From an uncultured virus (IMG/VR IMGVR_UViG_3300017814_000143) (Duplodnaviria; Heunggongvirae; Uroviricota; Caudoviricetes), in the IMG/VR virus record IMGVR_UViG_3300017814_000143: a DNA stretch of 20,000 nucleotides. One strand, 5' to 3'. The notes under the pieces are model-generated. The model did not search any database. It saw only the letters and a program-made list of their open reading frames with translations, and was not told the DNA's origin. This document shows positions 1 to 8,266 of this stretch, one piece after another; the stretch's first letter is position 1; every line of letters begins with the position of its first letter. The translations under genes and the position numbers were made by a program.

Positions 1-2
1 GG

Positions 3-59
3 GAGCTGGCGCCCGTCCTCGACGCGATCGCGAGGGCGGAGGGAGAGGATGGCGAGTAG
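3..59 (+). CDS. 3' end of a phage hypothetical protein (partial, ...ELAPVLDAIARAEGEDGE*)
   Basis: Open frame from the window edge to TAG 57-59, overlapping the ATG at 49; GC3-rich codons. Confidence 0.4.
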   Translation, partial: ELAPVLDAIARAEGEDGE

Positions 60-270
60 GCGGTGCCACAGGTGCCCCACGTGCTCGTCGTGCGGCGTGC
101 TGCGCACGGCGGGCTTCGTCACGGAGGAGAGGCTCCGCTGCACGAGGTTCGGCATCGACGTGGACCCGGGCGACGGGTGCACGTTCGGCGACGGGGAGGG
201 GTCGAGGCAGGCCCGCCGACCCATGACGGTAGACCTGCCGGGCGACTGGAACAGGAGGGGCGGATGGTGA
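49..270 (+). CDS. Small Cys-rich phage hypothetical protein (73 aa)
   Basis: Purine-rich SD (GGAGGGAGAGG) before ATG 49; CxxCxxCxxC...C...C pattern; stop overlaps the next start. Confidence 0.65.
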   Translation: MASRRCHRCPTCSSCGVLRTAGFVTEERLRCTRFGIDVDPGDGCTFGDGEGSRQARRPMTVDLPGDWNRRGGW

Positions 271-674
271 GAGGGCGACACGAACTTGGGACAAATGTCC
301 CAAGTGTCCCAAGTTCTCGGAAAGGCTACATCGTCTGGACGTGGGCCGAGATAGACGCGATCCGCAAGCACCCGGACATGACCGCCGAGGAGCTCCACGA
401 GATCATCCCGCGCCATTCGGTCAAGGCCATCAGGAACCAACGCTCCCGTGTCGGCCGCTACTCCCCCGACGCCGTGCCGCTGTGCCAGAGGTGCGGGGAG
501 CACCCCGTGTGGGAGGAGGCCGCCGACGCACGCAGGTGGGGGCTGTGCAAGGCTTGCGCCCTCGAGGAGAGGGCGTGGCGGTCCAAGCACGGAGGCGAGC
601 TGTCCCGCAAGGACAACGCGCTCCGGCAGGCGAGGTTCAAGGCGAGGCACCGGAAGGAGGACGGCAGGTCATGA
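264..674 (+). CDS. Putative DNA-binding protein (136 aa): Myb/SANT-like HTH plus CxxC...CxxC zinc finger and basic C-terminus
   Basis: SD AGGAGG at 253-258 before ATG 264; WTWAEIDAIR...IPRHSVKAIRNQR resembles Myb-like repeats; CQRC and CKAC; ATGA overlap with the next gene. Confidence 0.65.
   Translation: MVRGRHELGTNVPSVPSSRKGYIVWTWAEIDAIRKHPDMTAEELHEIIPRHSVKAIRNQRSRVGRYSPDAVPLCQRCGEHPVWEEAADARRWGLCKACALEERAWRSKHGGELSRKDNALRQARFKARHRKEDGRS
282..316. repeat. Palindrome/tandem array of TGTCCCAAGT (three copies, one inverted)
   Basis: GAACTTGGGACA (282-293) is the perfect reverse complement of TGTCCCAAGTTC (305-316), with a further TGTCCCAAGT at 296-305. Confidence 0.9.
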
Positions 675-781
675 CGATCTACGTGGACCCGGCAAGCTTC
701 ATGTGGGGGGTGGCGGCGGGAATACTCCTGCTCCTGTTCATCGCCTTGCTCGGGGTCAGCAAGGATAGGGACGGCAAGTGA
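671..781 (+). CDS. Small single-pass membrane protein (36 aa)
   Basis: SD AAGGAGG at 654-660; MTIYVDPASFMWGVAAGILLLLFIALLGVSKDRDGK has one hydrophobic helix and a charged tail. Confidence 0.7.
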   Translation: MTIYVDPASFMWGVAAGILLLLFIALLGVSKDRDGK

Positions 782-978
782 TGGGCGACAAGGGTGGCGG
801 TCTGTCGGATGGCTACGAGACCTTCGTGGTGCGGCTTGACGTGACGGTTCCCGTCGCGACGAGGGGCACGTCATCGGATGCCGCCGAGACGGCCACGGAG
901 GTCATAGGTCAGCGCCTACGAGACGAGTTCGGACCGTCGGTCAAGGTGAAGCCGCACGTCGACGCGCTCTTCGACTGA
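778..978 (+). CDS. Phage hypothetical protein (65-66 aa)
   Basis: GTGA/TGATG coupling to the previous stop; codon usage like neighbours. Confidence 0.6.
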   Translation: MMGDKGGGLSDGYETFVVRLDVTVPVATRGTSSDAAETATEVIGQRLRDEFGPSVKVKPHVDALFD

Positions 979-988
979 CCGTGCGGCC

Positions 989-1009
989 ATGTGACCTGCG
1001 GCGCACGCT
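989..1009 (+). promoter_or_regulatory. Putative phage late promoter, copy 1 (variant; leaderless terminase transcript)
   Basis: ATGTGACC-TGCGGCG-CACGCT, then 6 nt to ATG 1016, which lacks an SD. Confidence 0.55.
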
Positions 1010-1015
1010 GTGGCC

Positions 1016-2689
1016 ATGGAGAACACGGGGACACAGCCGCTCGACAACCCCCGGCGCGAGCGCTACTGCCAGGAACGTGCCGGCGGCAGGACCCAGCGCC
1101 AGGCGATGCTCGCGGCCTACCCGAGCAGGGCGGGCTGGTCCGACAACGCCGTCGACTGCGCGGCGTCCAAGCTCGAGGCGGATGCAAAGGTCAAGCAAAG
1201 GCTCGACGCCCTCAAGCGGGCCGCGGCGGACGCCGCCACGCTCACCCGCGCCGAGGTCCTCTCGGGCATGGGCGAGACCTTCCGCAGGGCCCAGGCTAGC
1301 AACCGCACGGGCATCACGCAGGTCGGCGTCCAGGCCGTCTCCTCCATCGGCCGCACCCTGCTCGACGCCCTGCCGGCCGACGCCCCGCCGGACGCCCCCG
1401 CCGCCGTGACGGACTTCGGCCTCCTGGTCGCGCCCCCGTTCCTCGCGCCCCACAGGCAGGTGGCCAGGGACGCGGGCGGCGAGTGGTGGGAGTTCGGCGG
1501 GCGCTCGTCAGGCAAGAGCTCGCACGTCTCGCTCGAGGTCGCCTACGGCATGACGCGGCATCCGGACCGCTCCGCCTACGTCGTCATGCAGCGCCAGAAG
1601 GACATGCGCGAGGGTGTGTACGAACAACTCGCCTGGGCGCTCGGCGCGCTCGGCGTGGCCGACGAGTGGACGTTCCGCACCTCGCCGCTCTCCGTCACGA
1701 GGCGCGAGACCGGGCAGGTGGCCCTGTTCCACGGCATGGACTCGGCCGACAAGACCAAGGCCGTCAAGGCGCCCGCCGGGACCTACTTCGCCTACCAGTG
1801 GTTCGAGGAGGCCGACCAGCTCTCCGGCATGCCCGCCATCCGCACGGCCGAGCAGTCGACCACGCGAGGGCCCGGGCCCTTCTTCCGCTTCGTCACCTTC
1901 AACCCACCACGAAGTCGCGACTCGTGGGCCAACGCCGAGATCGCGCGCAGGGAGGCCGCGGGACTCGAGGTATACCGCTCGAGCTACCTCGACATGCCGC
2001 GCGAGTGGGTCCCGCAGCAGCTGAGGGACGACGCCGAGGCGCTGAGGATCGCGGACGAGGAGAGCTACCGCCACGAGTACCTGGGCGAGCCCGTGGGCTA
2101 CGGGGCCGAGGTCTTCGCCCGTGCCACGGTGCGCGAGGTCACGGACGCCGAGCGCCGCCGGCTCGAGCGCCACGTCTACGGCGTGGACTGGGGCTTCTCC
2201 ACCGACCCGTGGGTGTGGCTCATGGCCGCCTACGACCCCGCGACGCGCACGCTCTACGTCCTGGACGAGATGCACGGGCGCGGGCTCTCCAACGCCGAGA
2301 CCGCCCGCATGGTGGCGGACCGCATGGCCAAGGCGCTCGTGGCGGACGACGGGGAGGTCGTGGAGGACGCCGAGCCGTACGCCACGGTCGAGTGCGACGG
2401 CGCCGAGCCCAAGAGCGTGGCCGACTACCGCGAGGCGGGCATCCAGGCGGTGTCGGCACCGAAGCAGGGGCGCCACAACGTCCACAACTCCGTGCGCTGG
2501 CTGCAGGAGCGCTCGGCGATCGTCATAGACCCGCGCTGCGGGCTGGCGGCCGGGGAGATCCCCGCCTACCAGTACGCCATGACGCGCGACGGCGAGGTCA
2601 CGGGCGAGCTCCCCGACAGGGACAACCACTCCATCGACGCCCTGCGTTACGCGTGCTCGACCCTCATGGACGAGAGGGGCAACGTCTAG
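1016..2689 (+). CDS. terL: PBSX/SPP1-type terminase large subunit with N-terminal terminase-small-subunit-like domain
   Basis: Walker A GGRSSGKS, Walker B QWFEEAD, motif FNPP, nuclease motifs GVDWGF, DGAEPKS and DNHSIDALRYA. N-terminal ~120 aa (ERYCQER...AMLAAY...AASKLEADAKVKQRLDAL) resemble TerS. Alternative start GTG 1010. Confidence 0.93.
   Translation: MENTGTQPLDNPRRERYCQERAGGRTQRQAMLAAYPSRAGWSDNAVDCAASKLEADAKVKQRLDALKRAAADAATLTRAEVLSGMGETFRRAQASNRTGITQVGVQAVSSIGRTLLDALPADAPPDAPAAVTDFGLLVAPPFLAPHRQVARDAGGEWWEFGGRSSGKSSHVSLEVAYGMTRHPDRSAYVVMQRQKDMREGVYEQLAWALGALGVADEWTFRTSPLSVTRRETGQVALFHGMDSADKTKAVKAPAGTYFAYQWFEEADQLSGMPAIRTAEQSTTRGPGPFFRFVTFNPPRSRDSWANAEIARREAAGLEVYRSSYLDMPREWVPQQLRDDAEALRIADEESYRHEYLGEPVGYGAEVFARATVREVTDAERRRLERHVYGVDWGFSTDPWVWLMAAYDPATRTLYVLDEMHGRGLSNAETARMVADRMAKALVADDGEVVEDAEPYATVECDGAEPKSVADYREAGIQAVSAPKQGRHNVHNSVRWLQERSAIVIDPRCGLAAGEIPAYQYAMTRDGEVTGELPDRDNHSIDALRYACSTLMDERGNV
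2644..2664 (+). promoter_or_regulatory. Putative phage late promoter, copy 2 (inside terL 3' end, upstream of portal)
   Basis: GCGTTACG-CGTGCTC-GACCCT. Confidence 0.55.
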
Positions 2690-2698
2690 GAGGGTGCG

Positions 2699-4105
2699 AT
2701 GTCACGCAAGGTCACGGGTTTCCCCGCATGGGCGACGAGGTTCCTCAGGGGGCTCGGGTACCGCCCGGGCAACTGCATGGACGAGCACATCAAGGCGTGG
2801 TGGGGCTGGTACCAGGTCGACAACGGCTTCTACGGCGTCGACCGCCCGGACACGGGCCGCGGGGACTGCCCGGACCGGCACCTCTCCCTGAGGCCGGCGC
2901 GCATGGCCGCGGACGAGTGGGCGTCCCTCGTCATGGACGACAAGACCCAGATGGGCTCCGAGGACGCTACCGTGAACGCATGGGTGGGAGAGCGGTTCGG
3001 CGGCTTCGTCGGCGACGAGCTCGACCACCTCGCGCTGTCGTTCGCGCTCGGGACCGGCGCGTGGGTCGCCGACCTCGGTGGCATCGTGGGCGACTCGACC
3101 GCGGGTACCACGGCCTCCATCTCCTTCTACGACGCGTCGCAGCTCTGCCCGCTCGAGAGCGACGGGGACGAGTCGGTGTCGTGCGCCTTCGTGCGCCGCA
3201 TCTCGCACGGCCGCGGCCTGCTCGACCAGCTGCAGGTCCACGCGCCCGACCCCGCGACGGGGACGTACCACGTCCGCACGTGGGTCTTCGGCACCAGGTC
3301 GCACCAGGTCCCGTGCGCGGCCGACGACATCACGGCCGACCTCGACACGGGGACGGCGCTCCCCTGCTACGCGCTCGTCCGCCCCGCGATCGCCAACACC
3401 TACGAGGAGTGCACGCCCCTCGGGGTCTCCGTCTTCGACGACGCCCAGGACGCCATCAAGCTCGTGGACGAGGCGTTCGACGCCTCCTACTGGAGGCTGC
3501 GCGTGTGCCAGCCGCGCATGGTCGTGGACGAGGCCGGGCTTCGCCGGGACCCGAAGACGGGCGAGCTTGACCTCGTGGGCACCGTCGACAGGCGCGTCTT
3601 CAAGGCCGTCTCGGGCGGCGGCGACCACCCGCAGCCCGCCACGGTCTACGACCCCGGCCTCCAGGCGTCCGAGACCGACACGGCCCTCAACTCCGCCCTC
3701 TCGCTGTTCTCGGCCAAGTGCGGGTTCGGCCCCAACTACTTCAGCTACTCGCGCCAGCAGGGCCTGAGGACGGCCACGGAGGTGTCGGCGGACAACTCGC
3801 AGCTCTTCCGCAACGTGCGGCGCCACGAGCAGGTGGTGGGCGACGCCATCGAGAGGCTCGTGGCAGGGGCCTGGGCCGCCGAGACCGCTCTGCGCACGGG
3901 CACCGACCCGGGCGTGCCCGACGTCAAGGTCACGTGGGACGACTCCATCGTGGAGGACACGGCCACCGAGCGTGCGCTCATGAAAGACGACATCAGCCGC
4001 GGGCTCGCCCCGGCATGGCTCTACCCCGTGCGCTACTACGGCATGTCCGAGGACGAGGCCAAGGCGCTCGTCGGCTCCCAGCAGGCGGTGCCGGAGGAGG
4101 CATAG
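2699..4105 (+). CDS. Portal protein (A118/SPP1 gp6-like, 468 aa)
   Basis: Position after TerL, size, SD AGGAGG; motifs PLGVSVFD, CGFGPNYF, RTATEVSADNS and VTWDDSIVED typical of A118-type portals. Confidence 0.9.
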   Translation: MSRKVTGFPAWATRFLRGLGYRPGNCMDEHIKAWWGWYQVDNGFYGVDRPDTGRGDCPDRHLSLRPARMAADEWASLVMDDKTQMGSEDATVNAWVGERFGGFVGDELDHLALSFALGTGAWVADLGGIVGDSTAGTTASISFYDASQLCPLESDGDESVSCAFVRRISHGRGLLDQLQVHAPDPATGTYHVRTWVFGTRSHQVPCAADDITADLDTGTALPCYALVRPAIANTYEECTPLGVSVFDDAQDAIKLVDEAFDASYWRLRVCQPRMVVDEAGLRRDPKTGELDLVGTVDRRVFKAVSGGGDHPQPATVYDPGLQASETDTALNSALSLFSAKCGFGPNYFSYSRQQGLRTATEVSADNSQLFRNVRRHEQVVGDAIERLVAGAWAAETALRTGTDPGVPDVKVTWDDSIVEDTATERALMKDDISRGLAPAWLYPVRYYGMSEDEAKALVGSQQAVPEEA

Positions 4106-4108
4106 CCC

Positions 4109-5473
4109 ATGGCCACGGACGCCTTCGACTCGCTAGCGGAGACGCTGGTTCGCGGGTCCGAGCAGAGCTACGTCGAGTACCTCACCGAACGGTTCCTCGA
4201 CATGCTCGACGAGGCCGTGACGAACCCCGACCGCCTCCAGGTGCTCGCGTCACGCTCCAGGACGGCCGCCATGGCCGCGTGGGACCGCTTCAGGGGCAAG
4301 GTGACCAAGGAGACGCAGGACGCCTTCACGGAGGCGATGCGGGGCGAGGACGAGCACCTCGTCTCGTCGCTCGCCAGGGCGTACGGCTACGACCACACCC
4401 TCACGACGAGGGCCAACAACGAGATGAACGAGGCGGCACGCGGCATGTCTGAGGTCATGCGCCGGCAGAACGTGGCGCTCGCCGACGACATGACCGATGC
4501 CTGGTACCGGGTCACGTCCGACGCCGTCACCGGCACGGAGATGGGCAAGAGCTACCGTGACGTCATGGAGGACGCCGTCTCACGCCTGTCGGACGCCGGG
4601 CTCGAGACCATCGACTACCGCTCTGGCGTGAGGACGACGATCGACGCGGCCACGCGCAGGCACGTCGTCTCGCAGGCCAACCAGGCGAGGGGCGACCTGC
4701 TCATGAGGCGGTGCGACGAGTGGGGCTGCGACCTCGTCATGGTGTCGGCGCACTTCGGGGCGCGCCCGAGCCATGCCGTGTGGCAGGGAAGGGTCTACTC
4801 ACGCTCGGGAAGGGACCCGAAGTACCCGTCGCTCGACTACGGCACCGGATACCACGGCACCGGCCCGCACGCCGCCCTGGGCGACAGGCTCTGCGGCGTG
4901 AACTGCTTGCACAGCCTCTCACCATGGGTGGAGGGCTACAGCCAGCTCCCCTCGACCGACTTCTCGGAGCAGGAGGAGCGTGTCGGCATGACGAGCGACG
5001 AGTACTACGCCGCGAGGCAGAAGCAGCGCGGCATGGAGCGCCAGGTCCGCCAGTTCAAGCGCAGGGTCGCGCTCGGACAGGAGCGCGGTCTCGACATGAC
5101 CGCCGACAGGTACCGCCTGGGACGCGCACAGGCCAGCCTGAGGGGGCATTGCAAGCAGTACGGGCTGACGCGCGACTACGAGCGCGAGCGGGCCTACGCG
5201 GTCGCAGAGCAGCCGAGGGGGCTGGGCAGGGTGGCGTTCAGCGTCGGGACCCACGCGCAGACGAGGATGGCGGAGCGCGGGATCACGGACACCCAGATCG
5301 CACAGGCGCTCAACGACCCGCTGCACGAGCTCTCCGTGACCACCGACGAGAGAGGCCACGCCAAGAAGGTGATAGGCCACGAGGTGACCGTGGTGATCAA
5401 CCCGGACACGGGTAAGATAGTCACGACGTACCCGACCGGGAAGAAGGCAAGGAGGAGGTATGGCGCTGAGTAA
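4109..5473 (+). CDS. Minor capsid protein (Phage_min_cap2/MuF-like) with C-terminal putative RNase toxin domain
   Basis: VSAHFGARPSHAVWQGRVY...LCGVNCLH and Y...QKQRGMERQVR motifs of minor capsid protein 2; last ~80 aa THAQTRMAERGIT...ALNDP...VVINPDTGKIVTTYP resemble DUF4258/colicin E5-like BECR-fold domains. Confidence 0.85.
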   Translation: MATDAFDSLAETLVRGSEQSYVEYLTERFLDMLDEAVTNPDRLQVLASRSRTAAMAAWDRFRGKVTKETQDAFTEAMRGEDEHLVSSLARAYGYDHTLTTRANNEMNEAARGMSEVMRRQNVALADDMTDAWYRVTSDAVTGTEMGKSYRDVMEDAVSRLSDAGLETIDYRSGVRTTIDAATRRHVVSQANQARGDLLMRRCDEWGCDLVMVSAHFGARPSHAVWQGRVYSRSGRDPKYPSLDYGTGYHGTGPHAALGDRLCGVNCLHSLSPWVEGYSQLPSTDFSEQEERVGMTSDEYYAARQKQRGMERQVRQFKRRVALGQERGLDMTADRYRLGRAQASLRGHCKQYGLTRDYERERAYAVAEQPRGLGRVAFSVGTHAQTRMAERGITDTQIAQALNDPLHELSVTTDERGHAKKVIGHEVTVVINPDTGKIVTTYPTGKKARRRYGAE

Positions 5474-5669
5474 GGAGCAGACAGCCCTCCTCAGGAAGCT
5501 TGGTCTCGCGACCGACTTCTCGACTGGCATGACGAACGAGCAGTACTTCAGGATCGACGACGTCATGAGCGACGAGATGATGAGGCATGGGATCAACTCG
5601 ACCGGTGACGGGCTCAACGACTACGGCGAGCTCTGTCGCAGCATCATCGTCTCCCTGCCGGACGACTAG
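5460..5669 (+). CDS. Putative immunity protein for the MuF toxin (69 aa, acidic)
   Basis: Strong SD AGGAGGAGG, 14-nt overlap with the toxin gene end, acidic composition versus a basic toxin tail; followed by a terminator. Confidence 0.65.
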   Translation: MALSKEQTALLRKLGLATDFSTGMTNEQYFRIDDVMSDEMMRHGINSTGDGLNDYGELCRSIIVSLPDD

Positions 5670-5694
5670 CCCATAGCCACACGACGCACCACCC

Positions 5695-5723
5695 GAGGCC
5701 CTCGCGAGAGGGTCTCTTCCTTT
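5695..5723 (+). terminator. Intrinsic terminator-like hairpin
   Basis: GAGGCCCTC-GCGA-GAGGGTCTC (9-bp stem with one G-U, GNRA loop) followed by TTCCTTT. Confidence 0.7.
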
Positions 5724-5726
5724 GCT

Positions 5727-5747
5727 GCGTTACCGGGGCGCGACCCT
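5727..5747 (+). promoter_or_regulatory. Putative phage late promoter, copy 3 (scaffold/capsid operon)
   Basis: GCGTTACC-GGGGCGC-GACCCT; predicted +1 (5754) coincides with the first base of a perfect hairpin, 5754-5775. Confidence 0.65.
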
Positions 5748-5796
5748 CCTATCGTCGGGGCATCCCTGCCCCGACATGCCGAAGAGGAGGTACGAA

Positions 5797-6339
5797 ATGC
5801 CAGGTGCTGCATCAACCGAGGGCGAGGACGGCAAGCCCCAGGACCCCAAGGCCGGCGAGGGAGCGAGTCCCCAGGACCCGGAGCAGGACCCGAAGCCCCA
5901 GGAGGGCGCGGACGGCGAGGGCGGCAAGCCCCAGGACCCGGACACGCACGAGGGCGACGCGGTCAACCGCCACCAGTACGACCGTGACATCGAGCGCAGG
6001 GACAAGGAGATCGCGGAGCTAAGGGAGCAGGTCAAGGCCCAGAACGACGCCAAGGCCGCCTCGGGTGACGCAACCGCCAAGCTGCGCCAGGAGCTCGACG
6101 AGTTCAAGGCGCAGCTCGCGAGCGAGAAGGCCAACACGGCCCTCACCGCGGCAGGCTGCATCGACCTCGAGCTAGGGTGCGAGGCGCTTGCCAAGTTCGA
6201 CGGCGACGTGGCAAAGCTCGCGGAGGCAAAGCCGTACCTCTTCGGGGACAAGGACAGGACCATCCGATCGACAGGCGGGAAGCCTGCCGGAAGCGCCACC
6301 GGGCCCGCGAAGAGCATCCGCGACGCGCTCAGGGGCTAG
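5797..6339 (+). CDS. Capsid scaffolding protein (180 aa)
   Basis: SD GAGGAGG before ATG 5797; acidic low-complexity N-terminus with PQDP repeats, coiled coil, AKPYLF motif; directly upstream of MCP. Confidence 0.85.
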   Translation: MPGAASTEGEDGKPQDPKAGEGASPQDPEQDPKPQEGADGEGGKPQDPDTHEGDAVNRHQYDRDIERRDKEIAELREQVKAQNDAKAASGDATAKLRQELDEFKAQLASEKANTALTAAGCIDLELGCEALAKFDGDVAKLAEAKPYLFGDKDRTIRSTGGKPAGSATGPAKSIRDALRG

Positions 6340-6351
6340 AAAGGAAGACAA

Positions 6352-7245
6352 ATGGCAACCACACTCGCGGACCTCGCCGCCAACTCCCAGGACAAGCTCG
6401 TCCAGGGGTTCGTGAACGAGATCATCACCGACGACTACCTGCTCGGCGCGATGACGTTCGACGACTGCATGACGCCGAGCGGCACGTCCGACCTGACCTA
6501 CACCTACAAGCGCGTGAAGACCCCCATGACGGCCGCGTTCCGCGCCCTCGAGAGCGAGCCCGCCAAGACCGAGGTGTCCATCGAGAAGGTCACCACCAAC
6601 GTCGGCATCCTCGCGGACGCCTGGCAGATGGACCGCGTCGAGAGGGACGCCGCCGAGGACCTCTACGAGCTCAAGCTCGAGGAGTCCAAGAACGCCATCG
6701 TCCGTGCGTTCGACGCGCAGGTCGTGTCCGGCAAGAAGGGCACCAACGCCTTCGACGGCCTGGCGACCATCCTCTCGGGCACGTCCACCGAGGCGACCTC
6801 GGCAGTGGACCTCTCCACCCTCGACCAGGCCAAGTCCCTCGACTTCGCCGACGAGCTCGGGAACATGCTGTCCGTCCTCATGCGCACGCCCGACGTGCTG
6901 CTCGTGAGCAGCACCATGAAGGCCAAGCTCGACTCCATCGCCCGCCGCATCGGCATCGGCACCGCCACCGTAGAGACCGCGGGCGGCACCATCACCACCT
7001 GGGACGGCATCCCCCTGCAGCCCCTCAAGGACGGCGCGCTCACGACCAACGACATCTACGCCGTCTGCCTCGGGCTCGACGCCTTCCACGGCATCACGCT
7101 CAAGGGCGGCTCCGCCATCACCGTCACGCTCCCCGACTGGACCGCACCCGGCGCCGTCAAGTCCGGCGACTGCGAGTTCGTGTGCGGCTGCGCCCTCAAG
7201 GCCACCAAGGCCGCAGGCGTGCTGCACCCGAAGGCCGCGGCATAG
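6352..7245 (+). CDS. Major capsid protein (297 aa)
   Basis: Position, size, strongly biased codon usage, SD GAAAGGAAG; motifs MATTLADL, FDGLATIL and KAAGVL. Confidence 0.9.
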   Translation: MATTLADLAANSQDKLVQGFVNEIITDDYLLGAMTFDDCMTPSGTSDLTYTYKRVKTPMTAAFRALESEPAKTEVSIEKVTTNVGILADAWQMDRVERDAAEDLYELKLEESKNAIVRAFDAQVVSGKKGTNAFDGLATILSGTSTEATSAVDLSTLDQAKSLDFADELGNMLSVLMRTPDVLLVSSTMKAKLDSIARRIGIGTATVETAGGTITTWDGIPLQPLKDGALTTNDIYAVCLGLDAFHGITLKGGSAITVTLPDWTAPGAVKSGDCEFVCGCALKATKAAGVLHPKAAA

Positions 7246-7249
7246 CGCC

Positions 7250-7594
7250 ATGGCGGCACCGGAGCTGACATACGCCGACTACGCGGACGACGCCTACCGC
7301 GGCAAGCTCGGGGAGGTCGCCTTCGCGGACGCCCTCCCCGTCGCGCGCGCACGTCTCGTGGCCATGACGGGCGAGGACGTGCCGGACAGGTGCTCCGCCG
7401 CGTGGTGCCTGGCGCTATGCGCCATGGTCGACCACGTGACCGGGGCCGACGGCAGCCACGACGGCCTCAAGAGCCAGACCATAGGCGGCACGTCGAAGAC
7501 GTGGACGGACGCCCAGGCGGCATCCGGAGACGTCGACGCGGTCATGCCATGGCTCGCGGGCACGGGACTGCTCTACTGCGGGCTAGGGTGCTGA
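7250..7594 (+). CDS. Head-tail adaptor protein
   Basis: Position after MCP; TYADY...KSQTIGGTS...WLAGTGLLYCG pattern typical of adaptors. Confidence 0.75.
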   Translation: MAAPELTYADYADDAYRGKLGEVAFADALPVARARLVAMTGEDVPDRCSAAWCLALCAMVDHVTGADGSHDGLKSQTIGGTSKTWTDAQAASGDVDAVMPWLAGTGLLYCGLGC

Positions 7595-7595
7595 C

Positions 7596-7910
7596 ATGGC
7601 CATCGAACGTGACACCGTCACCATCTGGCACGACGCGGGCACGCCGAAGAAGGCCGAGTGGCATCGCACCATCGTGACCAACGTGCGCGTCGACTGGTCC
7701 GCCGGGAGCGTCCCCGGCTCCGTGGGGGCCACCACCCAGAACCAGATGACTGCCTACCTGTGGTCGCAGCCGACGATCGCCGCGGGGGACCGCATCATGG
7801 TCGGCCCGTCGTCCGAGGCGGAGCCGCCCATGGCGGCGATGCGCGTGTCACGGGTGCAGCCATGGACCGACGACGGCCGCTTCGAGCACATGGAGGTGAC
7901 GGCGCGGTGA
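7596..7910 (+). CDS. Head closure/head-tail joining protein
   Basis: Position; beta-rich 104 aa ending HMEVTAR; GTGA overlap with the next gene. Confidence 0.7.
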   Translation: MAIERDTVTIWHDAGTPKKAEWHRTIVTNVRVDWSAGSVPGSVGATTQNQMTAYLWSQPTIAAGDRIMVGPSSEAEPPMAAMRVSRVQPWTDDGRFEHMEVTAR

Positions 7911-8266
7911 GGATATCCCTTAAGGGCATCAACCTCGGCAGCGTGCTCCCCGACGAGCGCAGGAACCTCAACGCGGCACTCGGGACCGTCGCCGAGAACG
8001 CCCTCGCGGACTGCGAGCGGTTCGTGCCGTACGACACCGGGGCCCTGCACAGGTCCGGGCGTGCCGTGCTGTCCGACGGCAAGGCCACGCTCGAGTGGGG
8101 CGGGACCGAGGACACGAGCCGCTACGCACGCAGGCAGTACTACGACGGCTCCCTGCACCACACGACCGCGGGTACGTGCTCCCACTGGGCCGTCGCGGCC
8201 GCAGCCGTGCGCGGCACCGCCTGGGCGGCCATGTTCAGGAAGGCGCTCAAGGGAGGCAGCAGATGA
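7907..8266 (+). CDS. Neck/tail completion protein (Minor_capsid_2/HK97 gp10-like, 119 aa)
   Basis: GTG 7907 with SD GGAGG; motifs FVPYDTGALHRS and YARRQYY. Confidence 0.8.
   Translation: MRISLKGINLGSVLPDERRNLNAALGTVAENALADCERFVPYDTGALHRSGRAVLSDGKATLEWGGTEDTSRYARRQYYDGSLHHTTAGTCSHWAVAAAAVRGTAWAAMFRKALKGGSR

Noticed and set aside
1483..3570. 695-aa ORF and other long overlapping ORFs (e.g. 14396-16444 +, 10060-11880 -, 6177-7268 +)
   Set aside because: Arg/Gly/Pro-rich shadow frames expected in high-GC DNA, overlapping well-supported genes.
5817..5945. CCAGGACCC repeats as CRISPR or regulatory array
   Set aside because: They encode the PQDP low-complexity N-terminus of the scaffold protein; too short and irregular for CRISPR.
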